A DNA stretch of 20,000 bases. Source: Parvularia atlantis. Its lineage: Eukaryota. Positions 19,000 through 20,000 of the stretch are shown one piece after another. The stretch spans positions 54,526-74,525 of the forward strand of contig CALSCO010000901.1 in NCBI GenBank assembly GCA_943704415.1. The letters are read 5' to 3'. Position 1 is the stretch's first letter, and each line of letters opens with the position of its first letter. The notes under the pieces are model-generated. The model ran no database searches. It was not told where the DNA came from and was given only the letters and a program-made list of their open reading frames with translations. The position numbers were made by a program, and so were the translations under genes.

Positions 19000-19807
19000 T
19001 CAGTTCTTTTCGATGTTGCCCTTTTCGGACACGTAGATGCCGTCGAGGAACTTGCGGATGTCCTTGTTCTTGACAGCGGTCGACTGCTGGATGTTGGCCG
19101 CTGGCGTTGCGCGCGAGGCGGCCGTCAGCAGCAGGCGCGCTCGCACGGCGCGGCCGGCAACACACCCGACTGCGCCACAAGGTCGACGTCAATGCCCGAG
19201 AGCACGATCTCGTCCTTGACTGACTCGGTGATCTTGGCCGTCACGCCGGGCAGGAGGTCGACCACGCGCACGATGCGCTCGCCCAGGAAGTTGCGGATCT
19301 CGACCGTCTTGCCGCCGTTGTCGAGCACGACGTTGATCGGGAAGTGGGCGTAGACGTAGCGCATCTTGTACTCGTAGCCCTGCGCGCCGGGCGTGAGACG
19401 CGGGGCGCATGCATGGGCGCACGCGCAGGCGCATGCGGACCTTGAGCACGCCCGTGAACATGTTCTCAATGTGCGAGCACACGGTGCGCACGGCGGCGAT
19501 CTGCTTGCGGCTGCCAAACCAGAGGCCGATCTGTGCGCGCGCCGGCCGGCGTTAGTGCGGCAGCGCGGCCCGGGCGGCGGCGCGCCTTGATCCGCTTGCT
19601 CTTGACGAGGTGCTGGATCTCCACGTTCATGTGGCCAAAGTCGCGGTGCAGCTTGCCGCGCGGGCCGGTCACCGTGACCTTGCGCTGGTTGACCTGCACC
19701 TCGACTGCGCGCCCGCGACACGTCGTGAGCGGCGCCCGGTGCGGCGCCCGGCGCGGCGCACCCTTGTCGGGGATCTCCACGACCTGCGTGACGTTCGTCT
19801 GGCGCAT
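19000..19807 (-). CDS. RPL9: 60S ribosomal protein L9 (uL6)
   Basis: [73 protein letters not shown]. Introns 19705-19761, 19531-19585 (GC-AG), 19380-19440, 19101-19165; probable 5'UTR intron with acceptor at 19823. Confidence 0.97.
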
Positions 19808-19925
19808 GGTGGCGCGAGGCTCCTGCGCGGGCAGGCGCGCCGTGAGCGCGACTGCAAATTCTACAACGCGCGCACGCCCGGGTTGTCGCCGTCCATCGCC
19901 CCCCCGCCCCGACGCCTTGCCGGCG

Positions 19926-19945
19926 CATCCATCCATCCATCCATC
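19926..19945. repeat. (CATC)5 tetranucleotide repeat upstream of RPL9
   Basis: Directly visible. Confidence 0.85.
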
Positions 19946-20000
19946 CCATGCACACCCCGCGTCCACGCATCCACCACCGCCCAGCGGCGCGAGGGGGGGG

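Noticed and set aside
124..19761. Introner-like transposable introns as the cause of high intron density
   Set aside because: Introns share only splice signals and low-complexity GC/CA runs; I saw no family of near-identical intron sequences or terminal repeats.
46..19970. Numerous long overlapping Arg/Ala/Pro-rich ORFs in the six-frame track (e.g. 757-2262, 12925-14403, 13851-15083, 16042-17490)
   Set aside because: Stop-codon scarcity in very GC-rich DNA; they are antisense or off-frame shadows of the spliced genes with no recognisable domains.
1..20000. Alternative genetic code or stop-codon readthrough
   Set aside because: All spliced models are open under the standard code, and TGA, TAG and TAA each terminate genes at expected C-termini.

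Overview
Very GC-rich, extremely gene-dense eukaryotic genomic DNA, not prokaryotic. The ORF track is mostly GC artefact because the genes are split by short spliceosomal introns. By hand I spliced 14 protein-coding genes containing 70 coding-region introns (mostly 45-78 nt, donor consensus GTGCGY, branch CTGAC/CTCAC, acceptor mostly CAG). In order: CDK1 (-, runs off the left edge), LYR-motif protein (+), signal-peptide JmjC protein (+), TVP15/COPI-associated protein (-), SF3B2 (+), PLAA/DOA1 (+), GT61 glycosyltransferase (+), SRP40/Nopp140-like (-), an intronless bacterial-type TIGR03364 FAD oxidoreductase (-), an intronless DUF4267-like membrane protein (-), OST-alpha/TMEM184 transporter (+), intronless GAR transformylase (+), Sfp-type PPTase (+) and RPL9 (-). 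Several proteins look fungal-type, so an early-diverging fungus or related protist is plausible (inference only). Most notable: (1) a probable horizontally acquired phosphonate-catabolism oxidoreductase; (2) tandem genes only 18-76 nt apart, with a recurrent GCAC(A)TTT initiator-like motif in the spacers; (3) a head-to-head gene pair with essentially no intergenic space; (4) four GC-AG introns out of 70.
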